Shown one piece after another: positions 35,650-45,774 of a stretch of 64,000 nucleotides of DNA. The position numbers were made by a program, and so were the translations under genes. Source of the DNA: a virus (Duplodnaviria > Caudoviricetes); the IMG/VR virus record IMGVR_UViG_3300032123_000052, positions 64,001 through 128,000 of that record. One strand, written 5' to 3'. The notes under the pieces were generated by a model. The model ran no database searches. It was not told where the DNA came from and was given only the letters and a program-made list of their open reading frames with translations. Positions within the stretch are counted from its first letter, which is position 1; the number at the start of each line of letters is the position of its first letter.

Positions 35650-37440
35650 ATGATTAAATATATCCAATACGATTCGATTGATGAAACCGGTCAGCACATT
35701 ATACCGATAAACTCAATCGAACAGCTTAACAAAACTGCTACGAGCAACTACGCTCCGGAGCTGATGAAGGTTATTCTCAACCTCAATCGGAAGCCAGAGC
35801 GGTACTATGTTGTTATCAATGCTCTTGGGTCATATGAAGTTTGGGGTTCCAATCGTAATGGTGATGCCTTCCCGGAAGCAGGCCTTTCCCACAAATCATT
35901 ACGTACTGATATGAATACCGCAAATGATTATGGGTATAAAACATTTGAATATTATGCAAAATTCTATAAGCACCATGTGAATAAAGATCCAAGTCGTTCT
36001 TTTGGCGAAATAATATTTGCCCACTGGAATCCTGTGCTTCGTCGTGTTGAGTTGATTGCCGCAATCGATGTGGTGAAGGGTGCTGATATAGTAAGGTCTC
36101 TTGAAACTGGCGAGCCTGTAAGTGTTAGTATGGGTTGTCGGGTCCGGTTTGATCGCTGTAGCATTTGTCAACATAAAGCAAAAACCAGGAAGACCTACTG
36201 CAAGCATCTCAAGAATTATATGGGCCAGATAGTTACTCCCGAACTTGCCGCCTTATGGTCCAAAGAGCTTGGGAAAATAATACTTCCTGGTACTATGGTT
36301 TTCGCTTTCAATGATTATCCTCGATTTTTTGATATATCGAAAGTTTTTATAGGTGCCGACCGTACATCGTTTGTTTTGGGTAAGGCTGCATCGGCAGGCC
36401 TAGTTATAGCTTCTGTAGATTTGGCAGACGCATACGGAGTAACCGATGCGATGTTTGATAAGGCTGCCCAAGTTAAAAAAGAGGGTGACATCGATAAAGA
36501 GGTAGGGGCTTTGGGGAAAGATGATATCGATGGTACTATGAAACCTGCTGATAATGTCACTGTTTTCAGAAAAGCCCTCGATGAAAAAATGAATAAAACA
36601 ATAGCTGCCGAACCAAAACTTCCGAACGATCTTCTCGACTCAATGGCGTCAACCCACCCATTAAATAGAATATTATCTACTATATTAGGCCTTGGTATAC
36701 ACCCGAAGCCTGACGAGTTTCAAAGAATCGTTCTGATACGGGCTGGACAAAAGCCACTTGCTGATGAGTTGGAAAAGCAGGGTACTATATTTGACTATAA
36801 GAGCGATGTCGAACCACAAGATATAGATATATCAAATTATTATTATGACGACACTCTCGCTAGATCACTTTCTACTTATATCGAAAAGAGAAGTTGTTTT
36901 CCGACGTTCCTTCAATCAAGGTTGTTGGTGGTTATGGAGAAAACAGCTCAGTTTCCTCCTCCTATTGGAAAAGAAAAAAAGGAATTTAAAATCGGACCAA
37001 AGGTAGCGGTTCTTGTCGGGCTTGCGGCGCTTTATGCTGGATTGAAATTAAAGGCAAAAGGCTACGGGTCGAAACAACTTGCTGAGATTTTTACAAAGAA
37101 ACAATGGCTTCGCTCTATTATCGGTGGCGGGGTAATGTATAAAATATTTGAAGAGATAGGTAAAGCACAACACGAAAATCCGATGCTTGGTCCGGCTGTT
37201 AATTATGAAGGTGCACTCCGTGACACCAATTTTTCTGGCAAAATTGTGAAGCAATCAGCATTAAATGTATTGACCGATGCAATAGTCCTTCCAGGCGCGT
37301 ACATAATAAATTCATATAATCAAGACACATTGTATAAAACCAGTAAACTGTTTTTTCCTGAGCAAAGTATTAATAATAATTTTGCGCTGGATAATATAAA
37401 CTCAGAATTATTGAAAAAAAAGTTGTTTGAAATCAAATAA
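35650..37440 (+). CDS. Prohead maturation protease (HK97/assemblin-like) with long C-terminal extension
   Basis: RNGDAF, KHHVNKD, VELIAAID, VSVSMGC (catalytic Ser candidate), CSIC..C.H; upstream of scaffold-like genes and MCP. Confidence 0.8.
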   Translation: MIKYIQYDSIDETGQHIIPINSIEQLNKTATSNYAPELMKVILNLNRKPERYYVVINALGSYEVWGSNRNGDAFPEAGLSHKSLRTDMNTANDYGYKTFEYYAKFYKHHVNKDPSRSFGEIIFAHWNPVLRRVELIAAIDVVKGADIVRSLETGEPVSVSMGCRVRFDRCSICQHKAKTRKTYCKHLKNYMGQIVTPELAALWSKELGKIILPGTMVFAFNDYPRFFDISKVFIGADRTSFVLGKAASAGLVIASVDLADAYGVTDAMFDKAAQVKKEGDIDKEVGALGKDDIDGTMKPADNVTVFRKALDEKMNKTIAAEPKLPNDLLDSMASTHPLNRILSTILGLGIHPKPDEFQRIVLIRAGQKPLADELEKQGTIFDYKSDVEPQDIDISNYYYDDTLARSLSTYIEKRSCFPTFLQSRLLVVMEKTAQFPPPIGKEKKEFKIGPKVAVLVGLAALYAGLKLKAKGYGSKQLAEIFTKKQWLRSIIGGGVMYKIFEEIGKAQHENPMLGPAVNYEGALRDTNFSGKIVKQSALNVLTDAIVLPGAYIINSYNQDTLYKTSKLFFPEQSINNNFALDNINSELLKKKLFEIK

Positions 37441-37675
37441 AATTATATAATTTAATTATATTCAGCATAGGGAAAAATATTGCATTCGATATATTATAAA
37501 CTTATATTGTTATTAGTAACTGTAATACAGTTTAACGCTGTTGAGCAGATAAATGGTATTGTGGCGTATCATAAGTGAATAAGGGTAATTTAAAAATATC
37601 AAACTTCACTTAAAAAATTGTCACTAAACATGCAATTGAAAATAATCCTATTTGTTTAACCAATGGAGGTTATAC

Positions 37676-38689
37676 ATGAGTCCCAGAGAAAAGACAAGCT
37701 TTGAGGATCATCTCAACATTGTTGAGTCAGGTCAAGACAAAACTGCCTCTGCCCCAAAAGGCGAAGGCACTTTGCTTGACAAACTGGCGAGCGAACTCGG
37801 CATCGGAGAAGAGAAAACTGCAGAAGTAAAAGCTCCCCCTGAAACTGGTGGTGAGAAAGCTGCTCCAAATGGAGCTGGTGCCGGATCTTCTGTAACAGAT
37901 GGAAAAGCACCCGCAGCAGAAGGTGAAGTTCAGCCTGCGGCTTCGAGTGTAGCTGGCGCAGCACCTGCTGTCGTAGCTGCCACTGAAGGTGTTGCTACTC
38001 CTCAAACCGAAATTGCTGGCGGAAACGCCGCTGAAGCCGCAGCCGGAGAACAGCCTGCTGCAACAAAACCAAACGAAGGTCTTGCAATATCCGCTGGCGA
38101 TGGGGTTGTAACTGATGCTAACCAGCTTCATAAGACTCCTGCCGCTGTAATGGAAGCCGCAAAAAATTCTGATGGTACTGTCATGGGCGCAAAGACTGCA
38201 GAGGAAGCAGGGGCTATTGGTAAAAAAATAGCTGAAACTTTCCAGGCGCATCTTGAAAAGACAGCTCAAGACCAGGAATACACTGAGGCTCTTGTTTTAC
38301 TGAAAGAGGGCGGCCTCCTTGAAGGTTATAATATCAAGGATGAGGGCTTAACAAAGGAAGCCGGTGAATCTGTTGACTATCTCCAGAAAATTGCCAACAA
38401 AGAACAGCTTTCCAGAGAAGATATAATCGGTTCAGCATATCAGGCAATTGAAATGCAAAAAGAAGCTGAAGAAGCGGAGGTTCAGGGCCGTGAAGATGCT
38501 CAGAATCTGGTTGCCTCAGTTACCGAGCTGATTGAAAAGAAAGCTGGAGAAGGTGCACCAGCGGCACCAGCAGCACCAGCAGCACCGGCGGCACCTGCCA
38601 CTGATGAGCAGGCAAAGCTGGCAGAGTTAATGAATGATGAAAATGTTGTTAAAGCGGTAAAGACTCTGAAAGAAAAAAATCTTCTCTAA
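37676..38689 (+). CDS. Acidic Ala/Glu-rich scaffold-like protein (start revised to ATG 37676)
   Basis: GGAGG RBS; about 11 K-x-A sites; low-complexity APAAP tract; between protease and MCP. Confidence 0.6.
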   Translation: MSPREKTSFEDHLNIVESGQDKTASAPKGEGTLLDKLASELGIGEEKTAEVKAPPETGGEKAAPNGAGAGSSVTDGKAPAAEGEVQPAASSVAGAAPAVVAATEGVATPQTEIAGGNAAEAAAGEQPAATKPNEGLAISAGDGVVTDANQLHKTPAAVMEAAKNSDGTVMGAKTAEEAGAIGKKIAETFQAHLEKTAQDQEYTEALVLLKEGGLLEGYNIKDEGLTKEAGESVDYLQKIANKEQLSREDIIGSAYQAIEMQKEAEEAEVQGREDAQNLVASVTELIEKKAGEGAPAAPAAPAAPAAPATDEQAKLAELMNDENVVKAVKTLKEKNLL

Positions 38690-38707
38690 AATAGGAGGGG
38701 GTTTTTC

Positions 38708-39208
38708 ATGGTCTTTAAAAATATTGGCCAGTTGATCCTGAGTCATTTGGCTCCGGGTCAGCAGGCTACCGAAAAAACAGCTTCTGAAAGCTATACACCT
38801 GAAGAGGCTAAAAGAATTTCTGAAGGCTTGGCCAAAGTGGCATCATTTCCCTGTAAAGAGGAAGTGTACACTTCGGTGCAGGAGATGATGAAAATAGCTT
38901 CTGAGTGTTTGGCATATATGACGGAATCTCTTAATTCCGCACAAGAGCGAAATACTGGGCTTGAAAAGGCTGCCCAGGTTCGGCTGGTCCTGGACGACTT
39001 GATTCATTCAGGTCTCGTCTCAGACGATAGTGATGCCGAAGAGAAAATTGCCGAATTGATGAAGAAAGATGAAAAAGGTCTGGAAGTCATTAAAGAGGCA
39101 ATTAAACTTGCTCAAAACGGTGAAGGAGAAAGTTTGATTTTCGAAAAAGCTGCAAATGATTCAGCCGAACCAGATAAAAAGGCTGGAATGTTTGACGGCG
39201 TTCTCTAA
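38708..39208 (+). CDS. Helical scaffold-like protein
   Basis: AGGAG RBS; nine K-x-A sites (KTAS, KVAS, KIAS, KAAQ, KIAE, KEAI, KLAQ, KAAN, KKAG). Confidence 0.55.
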   Translation: MVFKNIGQLILSHLAPGQQATEKTASESYTPEEAKRISEGLAKVASFPCKEEVYTSVQEMMKIASECLAYMTESLNSAQERNTGLEKAAQVRLVLDDLIHSGLVSDDSDAEEKIAELMKKDEKGLEVIKEAIKLAQNGEGESLIFEKAANDSAEPDKKAGMFDGVL

Positions 39209-39232
39209 TCACCAATAACAAGGAGTATAACA

Positions 39233-39706
39233 ATGCTTGAGATGTTAACTCTCATGAACAAGGTCGAGCGTGTTTCCCGTAGAATCGATCCTGACAATTT
39301 CGTAGCAGTTCCCGGTATTTGGGCAGAACTTGATACTGATGGTAGTATCAAAAATGTCACAACCGACACGCCAGGGCTTATGAACAAGCTCGTCATTGGC
39401 AACGCCTCCAGCAATGTCTATGAATCACACGATGTGAGTGTTGGTCGTATCACTACCGTCGAATCATACGGCGATCGTTTCAAAGTTGATTCAGAAGGCT
39501 ATTCCGGAACAATTGTTGCCGGTGAGGACTTAATTGTTTCAACAACGTCCGGCACCGAAGGTAAGCTGGTTGGTATTGCGAATCAAGCAGAAGCTACTGG
39601 CAACTATGAAGTTGTTGCTCGTGCAGAAGAGGTGAATGGTACTGCAGGCTATATTGTTTTCAGAACACTTTCACCTGGAACTGTTGCAGCTTACGCAGCA
39701 GCGTAA
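39233..39706 (+). CDS. Putative capsid decoration/cement protein
   Basis: 157-aa beta-rich protein directly upstream of MCP; AAGGAG RBS. Confidence 0.5.
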   Translation: MLEMLTLMNKVERVSRRIDPDNFVAVPGIWAELDTDGSIKNVTTDTPGLMNKLVIGNASSNVYESHDVSVGRITTVESYGDRFKVDSEGYSGTIVAGEDLIVSTTSGTEGKLVGIANQAEATGNYEVVARAEEVNGTAGYIVFRTLSPGTVAAYAAA

Positions 39707-39787
39707 TAGTGGTTGATATTGAAATCCCGGGCCGGGTAACACCGGCCCATTAAAACTATTAAAACTACTCAAAAGTAGGAGCTAATT

Positions 39788-40813
39788 ATGCTTGATCATG
39801 TAACGGCCATGCAAAGTAACGAAAGTTTCCTTGAAAAGGTCAGTACTCTTGAGGGTCAATCACAGCTTTCCGAAGCCGGTCGGCAGTATGTAAAGACCGA
39901 ACTCCAGGAAGCGGCATTTACTCGTGCCATCATACCCCAGGAGCCAATTACTGTGGCGGACTGTCAGAGAAACGTCAATGACAACTCTCTGTATCTGATC
40001 CGTGACATAGAGCCAGATGCAGCTGCTGTCGCAGTTGATAATCTGGGTGAGCCTGACGGAAAGTACGTCAAAGGCGAGCGGTACATCATACCAGTTATCA
40101 ATTTCGTTACCCGGCGTTTCCAGATTACTGTTGAAGACCTTCGGGCCTATCAGTATAAAATCACCAAGCGTATTGAGGATAAGTCAGTTCCTGTTCTCGA
40201 AAAACTTGAAGATACTTATTTTTTACGCCTGGCTGGCGCATCTCTTTCAGTTGCTGCCTCAGGATCTCAGAAAGCTGTTAAGCATTCTGGTTCAACCGCT
40301 TTGACTATTGAAGCTAAAGATATAGTCAACATCAAAAATACTCTTGCATCAGGTGTCAATGGTTCAGACGCAAAGAGAAAAGAAGTGGCATGCCTGTTGA
40401 TGTGTCAGGAAGCCTTCGAAACCGCAGTATTTCTGCCTGGCGCAGGTGACGATTTCGGCAAAGATCGTGTTCTTCATGGCATCACTTCCGATACGCTGTA
40501 CGGAACAAAAGTCGTGAAAACAATCAAAAGCGACCTGTTGCCAATTGGTCACATCTGGGCATTTACCACTCCGGATTTTCTTGGCCATAACTTTGCACTC
40601 GGCGATCCGAGCTTTGAGATCAAATCCAACTTCGGTCTCATTGAATGGCAGACCAAAGAGTCAATTGCCACAGGTATCGGAAACGCTTTGTCAACATGTC
40701 TTCTGGCGCTGCTAGGCTCAGTTAATCCTGGTGGATCAACTGACCTTACTGTTACAACAACTGGCACTGTTGATGCAGATATTACCGCTTACTATGCTGG
40801 GCTGGTAATATAA
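39788..40813 (+). CDS. Major capsid protein (HK97 fold)
   Basis: 341 aa after protease/scaffold/decoration genes; E-loop/spine-like pattern (FTRAIIPQEPIT, GERYIIP, RRFQITVEDL, LEKLEDTYFL); AGGAG RBS; followed by a terminator. Confidence 0.75.
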   Translation: MLDHVTAMQSNESFLEKVSTLEGQSQLSEAGRQYVKTELQEAAFTRAIIPQEPITVADCQRNVNDNSLYLIRDIEPDAAAVAVDNLGEPDGKYVKGERYIIPVINFVTRRFQITVEDLRAYQYKITKRIEDKSVPVLEKLEDTYFLRLAGASLSVAASGSQKAVKHSGSTALTIEAKDIVNIKNTLASGVNGSDAKRKEVACLLMCQEAFETAVFLPGAGDDFGKDRVLHGITSDTLYGTKVVKTIKSDLLPIGHIWAFTTPDFLGHNFALGDPSFEIKSNFGLIEWQTKESIATGIGNALSTCLLALLGSVNPGGSTDLTVTTTGTVDADITAYYAGLVI

Positions 40814-40846
40814 GTCTGAGAAAAGTTTTAATCATAATATTGTCTC

Positions 40847-40882
40847 AAAAGGCCCTGCCCAGGAGTTGGGTTGGGCCTTTTT
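40847..40882 (+). terminator. Intrinsic terminator after MCP
   Basis: AAAAGGCCC-TGCCCA...TGGGT-T-GGGCCTTTTT. Confidence 0.75.
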
Positions 40883-40906
40883 ACATCTTAGCGGAGGGTT
40901 AGGAAA

Positions 40907-41365
40907 ATGAAGTATATTAATATTTCAGATCAACCACGGCGAGTCGTAAGGCACCGTGTTAAAGTTCTGATAAAACCAGGAGATGTTATCAATCTTGAAA
41001 CCACCGACATTAACCATTCAAGCTCTGCATTACGTTTTTTTGAACCATATGTAGAAGGTCAGACGCCTGATGAACGGGCACCTGATAAAAATCAGAAAAC
41101 TGCTGAAAACCAGCAACCTGATGAAGATCAGTGGCAGGGTGAAGATCAGGAGCGAGATCCTGAAAATAAAGAGGAGGCAGAACTAAAAATGCCAGTAGAA
41201 GAGGAGAAGGCTGATGGACAAACTGAAATTCCTAAAAGTGAAGTGATTTTGGATTCCGAAGGAGCTGGCGAACAGGTTGACGCTGAAAATACGAAAGAAG
41301 ACACTGGGGAAAGTGAAAAAGAACAAAAAGTCGAAGAAGCCGAAATAGTAAATAAAGAAGAATAA
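40907..41365 (+). CDS. Hypothetical protein with long acidic tail
   Basis: 152 aa; Glu-rich C-terminal two-thirds. Confidence 0.65.
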   Translation: MKYINISDQPRRVVRHRVKVLIKPGDVINLETTDINHSSSALRFFEPYVEGQTPDERAPDKNQKTAENQQPDEDQWQGEDQERDPENKEEAELKMPVEEEKADGQTEIPKSEVILDSEGAGEQVDAENTKEDTGESEKEQKVEEAEIVNKEE

Positions 41366-41415
41366 TATAAAAAACTAATTCGAAAAATCGTATACTATTA
41401 AAAAGGGAGTAACTC

Positions 41416-41820
41416 ATGGCGTTATATGAGAATGTTGCGAAAGTTCGCAAACTTATAGGTGTGCGCCGCGTTAAGAGATGGATTACGCCTGGCGAACGGG
41501 TTGATCTTGATTCGTCTGATGTGAGGCACCTTAGTGGAAATGCCGCTTTTATGCAGTTGGCTAAAAAAGAAAAACCAAAAGAAAAAAAGCCCGCTGTCAA
41601 AAAAACTACTTCTGATGAAGTTGATAAACAGCAAATGATGATTGATAAAAAAACCCTTATGGAATCTTTGACTGGCATGACCAAGGAACGCATCATTGAA
41701 GTTGCTGAGAGCATAGTTGGTATCGATGTTCTTTCAAGGACAAAGAAAGCGAAACTTATCAAACAGGTCTTGGCGGCTTCTAAGAATAAAGGTTATCGTT
41801 ACGTATTAGAACACTCTTAA
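41416..41820 (+). CDS. Hypothetical protein with C-terminal Rho-N/HeH-like domain
   Basis: LTGMTKERIIEVAE..GIDV..RTKKAKLIKQVL; N-terminus resembles that of 40907..41365. Confidence 0.6.
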   Translation: MALYENVAKVRKLIGVRRVKRWITPGERVDLDSSDVRHLSGNAAFMQLAKKEKPKEKKPAVKKTTSDEVDKQQMMIDKKTLMESLTGMTKERIIEVAESIVGIDVLSRTKKAKLIKQVLAASKNKGYRYVLEHS

Positions 41821-41832
41821 GGAGTATTTACT

Positions 41833-42168
41833 ATGAAATTTATATCGAACAAAGGAAAAATGAAACAGGTTAAATACTCCTCTGGAATGTTGATGGGTAT
41901 TCCTAAGGGCTCTTCTTCATTACCTGATGATTCAGCTCTTGATAAATTAGTAGGTGTCAGTCCAGATCTTTCTTATATTTCAAAAGATGAGTTTTTTAAA
42001 CAAAAGAATATAATTACTACCGAAGAAAAGATCACAATTGCTAAGAAAGAACGGCCACCATTAGAGCCACCAACAAAGAAGGATAAAAAGAAAAAACCTG
42101 TAGAAAAACCAGCAAGCAAATCGGGGGAAAATACAGAGAAGAAAACCGCAGAACCGCAGGGTGAATAA
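41833..42168 (+). CDS. Hypothetical Lys-rich protein
   Basis: AAGGAG RBS; 111 aa. Confidence 0.6.
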   Translation: MKFISNKGKMKQVKYSSGMLMGIPKGSSSLPDDSALDKLVGVSPDLSYISKDEFFKQKNIITTEEKITIAKKERPPLEPPTKKDKKKKPVEKPASKSGENTEKKTAEPQGE

Positions 42169-42647
42169 TGACTTTAGTAGAATATAATACAGCATTAAGG
42201 AATTTTATCAAAGACAAAGAATTGCTTAATAGGCTTCTTAAGTTTGTTATAGAAAATGAAGAAGAAGATCTTGATCTATATATTAATATGGCTCTTGGCT
42301 TTCTTCAATATATACCGCCGTTTCTTGGGAATCCTACTATTGAAGAATTTCCGATGCCAGCGTTGCTCATTCACCAGGCGACTATTGAGTGTTTAATATC
42401 AAATAGCATTGTCCAAGCGCGAAACGATCTCACTTACAACAACGGTGGCGTCACTGCAAAAGTTTCTGATGGTGAAAGATATCTACGGTTATTGCAGCAG
42501 TTATATAGAATGGCTGATTTGGAAATAGCTGCGTATAAACAGTTAAAAATCGCTCAAAATATAGCCGCTGGATATGGTGGAGTTTATTCACCATATTCAA
42601 CGATACACGGAACTCAACAAAGTTTATTACCGAATAGTATTTTTTAA
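42168..42647 (+). CDS. Putative head-tail adaptor/head completion protein
   Basis: 159-aa helical protein downstream of MCP; LTYNNGGVTAKVSD segment typical of adaptors. Confidence 0.5.
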   Translation: MTLVEYNTALRNFIKDKELLNRLLKFVIENEEEDLDLYINMALGFLQYIPPFLGNPTIEEFPMPALLIHQATIECLISNSIVQARNDLTYNNGGVTAKVSDGERYLRLLQQLYRMADLEIAAYKQLKIAQNIAAGYGGVYSPYSTIHGTQQSLLPNSIF

Positions 42648-42661
42648 ACAAAGGAGTCAGA

Positions 42662-43459
42662 ATGAAACCTTTGACTGATGAAGAGATTACTAAATTCGCT
42701 GGGGCAAGTTCAAAATTCAAAGAGCTTCTTCTTAAAGCAGCTGCTCAGAATGAGTCAACTGGATTTAACGAAGCCCCTCCTGTGAATGATGATGGAGAAG
42801 GAAATAATGGCGAATCGCCTAAGAAAAAAGAGGTTAAACCACCTGAACAAGCACCAGCACCACCTGTGGAAGCTGTTTCTCCGGAAGTCGCGCCTGCACC
42901 TGCCGTTGCTGGAAGCCCGGAAGAGGCTGGCGCTCGAGCAGCACAAGCTTTTATCGGGCCTGAAGTAATGGCTGCTGCCGCAAGTGGAGACCCTGGTGCC
43001 GCAGATGTTATAGCAAGAACTGCAGGCGCAATAGCTGCAGCGGTAACCGAGAAGGCATCTATGGCCATGGGTGGCGGGGCGCCGGCAGATGTTCCTCCTG
43101 AAGGAATACTGCCTGAAGGTGAATTGCCAGTTGAAGGCGCTCCTGCAGGAATTGCAGCAGTACCTGCCGGCCCTCCTGGAACAGCGGCACCTGGAACGGC
43201 GGTACCTGCACCAGCTCCAACTCCTGAAGGTGTAGTTGCTGATAGTATAATTCCGCCTCAGAATGCAACACCACCAACACCACCTCAGCCCCCAGCGGGC
43301 GGTATGCCACCGCAAGGTGACAGTAAAGCGCCAAATACAATGGTAGCTCCGCAACCTTCTGGGCAACCTGTTCCTGCAAATGGTGGCCAAGGAGACATGA
43401 CTTATGACGCCCAGACCGTAGCTAAGATGATTCAGTTGGCAAAGGCGGGAAAGATTTAA
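42662..43459 (+). CDS. Pro/Ala-rich low-complexity protein
   Basis: AAGGAG RBS; TKFAG and LKAAA sites. Confidence 0.65.
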   Translation: MKPLTDEEITKFAGASSKFKELLLKAAAQNESTGFNEAPPVNDDGEGNNGESPKKKEVKPPEQAPAPPVEAVSPEVAPAPAVAGSPEEAGARAAQAFIGPEVMAAAASGDPGAADVIARTAGAIAAAVTEKASMAMGGGAPADVPPEGILPEGELPVEGAPAGIAAVPAGPPGTAAPGTAVPAPAPTPEGVVADSIIPPQNATPPTPPQPPAGGMPPQGDSKAPNTMVAPQPSGQPVPANGGQGDMTYDAQTVAKMIQLAKAGKI

Positions 43460-43491
43460 TTGTTGGCGAAAATCAATTATTGCTATATAAT

Positions 43492-43523
43492 AAAGGGGTA
43501 GAAATCTTTTCTGCCCCCTTTTT
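43492..43523 (+). terminator. Intrinsic terminator
   Basis: AAGGGGTAGAAA/TTTCTGCCCC stem followed by CTTTTT. Confidence 0.65.
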
Positions 43524-43587
43524 CATAATTGGTTAATAATGTTTTTTTAACTATATTATAAATATAGCCTTAACTAAGGGATTTATT

Positions 43588-44160
43588 ATGTCGCAAAAGA
43601 TTACCAAAAACTTTTCATTCTATGAATTCAGACCAAAAGGAAAGCCAAAATCATGGTTGCCGACTAATGAATTTACCAAAATGTTAATAACAAACCTTAC
43701 TACGAACTTACAAGTAGTAAGATCAGTACTGCCCAAACGGTGCTGGATGCAAATCACTTCCGGCGTTCGTATGCCGGAAGATTACAAGAGATTGGTAAAG
43801 GTAGGATACAAACCATCTACGACGAGTGATCATAATTTTGGTAACTCCGTTCCTCTGAAAGTTAATTCGAGAAAATATAAAAAATACGGGCCTACATATA
43901 GTTTTTCAGTAGGCGCCGCCGACTGTGTATCACATAATCTGAATGTCCGCGATTTATTTAATATTGCGTGTGAATTAACAAAGGGTAATAAGTGTAGATT
44001 TGGACAAGTGATATATGAAGAGAATCCTAAAACAGGTGCTCAATGGGTGCATTTTGGTGCTGACCCAACTTATTATTTTTCAGAAAAGATTGTTCAATTT
44101 ATTGGACGATATCCTTTTCTGGTTAGCCTGGATGGTGGGAAAAGCTATCAAATCCCTTAA
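43588..44160 (+). CDS. Peptidase M15A-like Zn peptidase (endolysin candidate)
   Basis: ITKNFSFYEF, ITSGVR, SDH, GAAD, WVH (His/Asp/His ligands). Confidence 0.8.
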   Translation: MSQKITKNFSFYEFRPKGKPKSWLPTNEFTKMLITNLTTNLQVVRSVLPKRCWMQITSGVRMPEDYKRLVKVGYKPSTTSDHNFGNSVPLKVNSRKYKKYGPTYSFSVGAADCVSHNLNVRDLFNIACELTKGNKCRFGQVIYEENPKTGAQWVHFGADPTYYFSEKIVQFIGRYPFLVSLDGGKSYQIP

Positions 44161-44169
44161 AGGGTAGAC

Positions 44170-45648
44170 ATGGAATTTGCATTTGTCGAGGTCATAAAGA
44201 CCAAAGAGAATTGGTTCTACATAGAATGGGATATGACCCCTGGGTCGGGCGAGTCTGTTGATGATTATAAATTCCAGATATGGTGGAGTTTTGATCCAGC
44301 GTCAGGTTATGTCGCCGTGTCCGATGAAACTGGCGATCCCATCGAAATAGACGGTGCCGTTGGCCCGCTGTCTTATACTCATGAGCATAATCAGTATAAC
44401 TTCAATAAAGACCGGTATTATCGTGTTCTTGCCATAGATAAATTTCCCCCACCAACTGGTGGGGCAATTGCTGTATTTGGACAAACAGAAGAACTTGACC
44501 CTCTCCTTATTACAACATTTGGATATCTAAACGCCGGCTCATCTGCCGATGGTTTCTTTTCAAATAAAGTCTGGATAGGGATGTACAAAGATGGCGTACA
44601 CGAAACAATAAAACACGCCGAAGACACTTTATACACCATGTATCATGGTGAGCCATGTATGGTCATCAAGCGTAAAAGTTTTGGTGCTCGGTGCCCGGTT
44701 TGCTGGTCGCAGGAACGTAGGCAGGTAACTAAATCTCATTGTGATACCTGCCACGGAACCGGTTTTGTTATCGGTTATTACCAACCAATCCTCATTCAGA
44801 TATCTTTCGATTCAGATCCCAGGAAAGCAGATGGCCAAAAAGAATGGGAGAACGTATATGATTCGAAACGCGCAAGATTGTGCAACTACCCTCTGTTAAG
44901 ACCAAAGGATTTAATCGTCAATATTGATGATTATAAACGATATGTCATCACGCATGTTGAAACAACGAAGATCCCAAGATTAAGTGAGAGTGCTATTGTT
45001 CTTTCAAAACAGAATTATATCCTCAGCCAGTTATTAACCATGGAAGAGCTTAATCCTGACGATAATGAATATTTTATTGATGTAGACAATATACCAGAGG
45101 TTCCACAAGCAGAAGAGGGCAACACCGGTAGCACACAGCCTTATTTTAATGACCATATGCCTGTTACGGTTAGCGCCCCATTGATTATAACGGATGGCCA
45201 GCAACATCTTGAGCTTGATATTAACACTGATGATTTTATAATTCAGGACGGTAAATTAAAACTTAAATACGGCGCTGGTACAATTGGTGTCGATTCATTT
45301 ATATCGGCTGAAATAATATCCACTCCACTAAAAGTATGTGCAATAAATGATGATGGCGAGGTAATAGTTGCTAATTATACAAACGTTAATCATCTTAACA
45401 GAGTGGTAGGAATTAGCCTGAATGTCGCAAGTGTAGGAACTGAAATATTTGTTCAAAAATTGGGAATTCTATCAAATATAGGCTGGAACTGGAACATCGG
45501 AGAAAGTATTTTCTTTGATGCAGCAGGAAACTTAACTCAGACACCACAAACAGAGGGCGTTGGCTTCTTTATGATAATAGCAAAACCATTATTAGAAACG
45601 TCAATCGATATATTGCTTAGAAGCCCGGTGATTAGGGCAATCCCATAG
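44170..45648 (+). CDS. Putative neck/head-closure protein with Zn ribbon
   Basis: N-terminal FN3-like segment; CPVC..CDTCHGTGF; C-terminal small beta domain; position after the head genes. Confidence 0.5.
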   Translation: MEFAFVEVIKTKENWFYIEWDMTPGSGESVDDYKFQIWWSFDPASGYVAVSDETGDPIEIDGAVGPLSYTHEHNQYNFNKDRYYRVLAIDKFPPPTGGAIAVFGQTEELDPLLITTFGYLNAGSSADGFFSNKVWIGMYKDGVHETIKHAEDTLYTMYHGEPCMVIKRKSFGARCPVCWSQERRQVTKSHCDTCHGTGFVIGYYQPILIQISFDSDPRKADGQKEWENVYDSKRARLCNYPLLRPKDLIVNIDDYKRYVITHVETTKIPRLSESAIVLSKQNYILSQLLTMEELNPDDNEYFIDVDNIPEVPQAEEGNTGSTQPYFNDHMPVTVSAPLIITDGQQHLELDINTDDFIIQDGKLKLKYGAGTIGVDSFISAEIISTPLKVCAINDDGEVIVANYTNVNHLNRVVGISLNVASVGTEIFVQKLGILSNIGWNWNIGESIFFDAAGNLTQTPQTEGVGFFMIIAKPLLETSIDILLRSPVIRAIP

Positions 45649-45774
45649 AGAAATCGATTGATAATGGCAAGAAGTTATAAATGGCTAGAAATAATTACAA
45701 TAATCATCCTGTATTAGATTTTGATGCTTAAACAGATGAAGCTATTTATTTAAGGAATATGGACTTTTCAAATT

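Noticed and set aside
42755-43390. Long antisense or alternate-frame ORFs (e.g. 5145..5903, 37727..38269, 42755..43390)
   Set aside because: They shadow well-supported genes, lack RBSs and motifs, and are expected opposite low-complexity coding DNA
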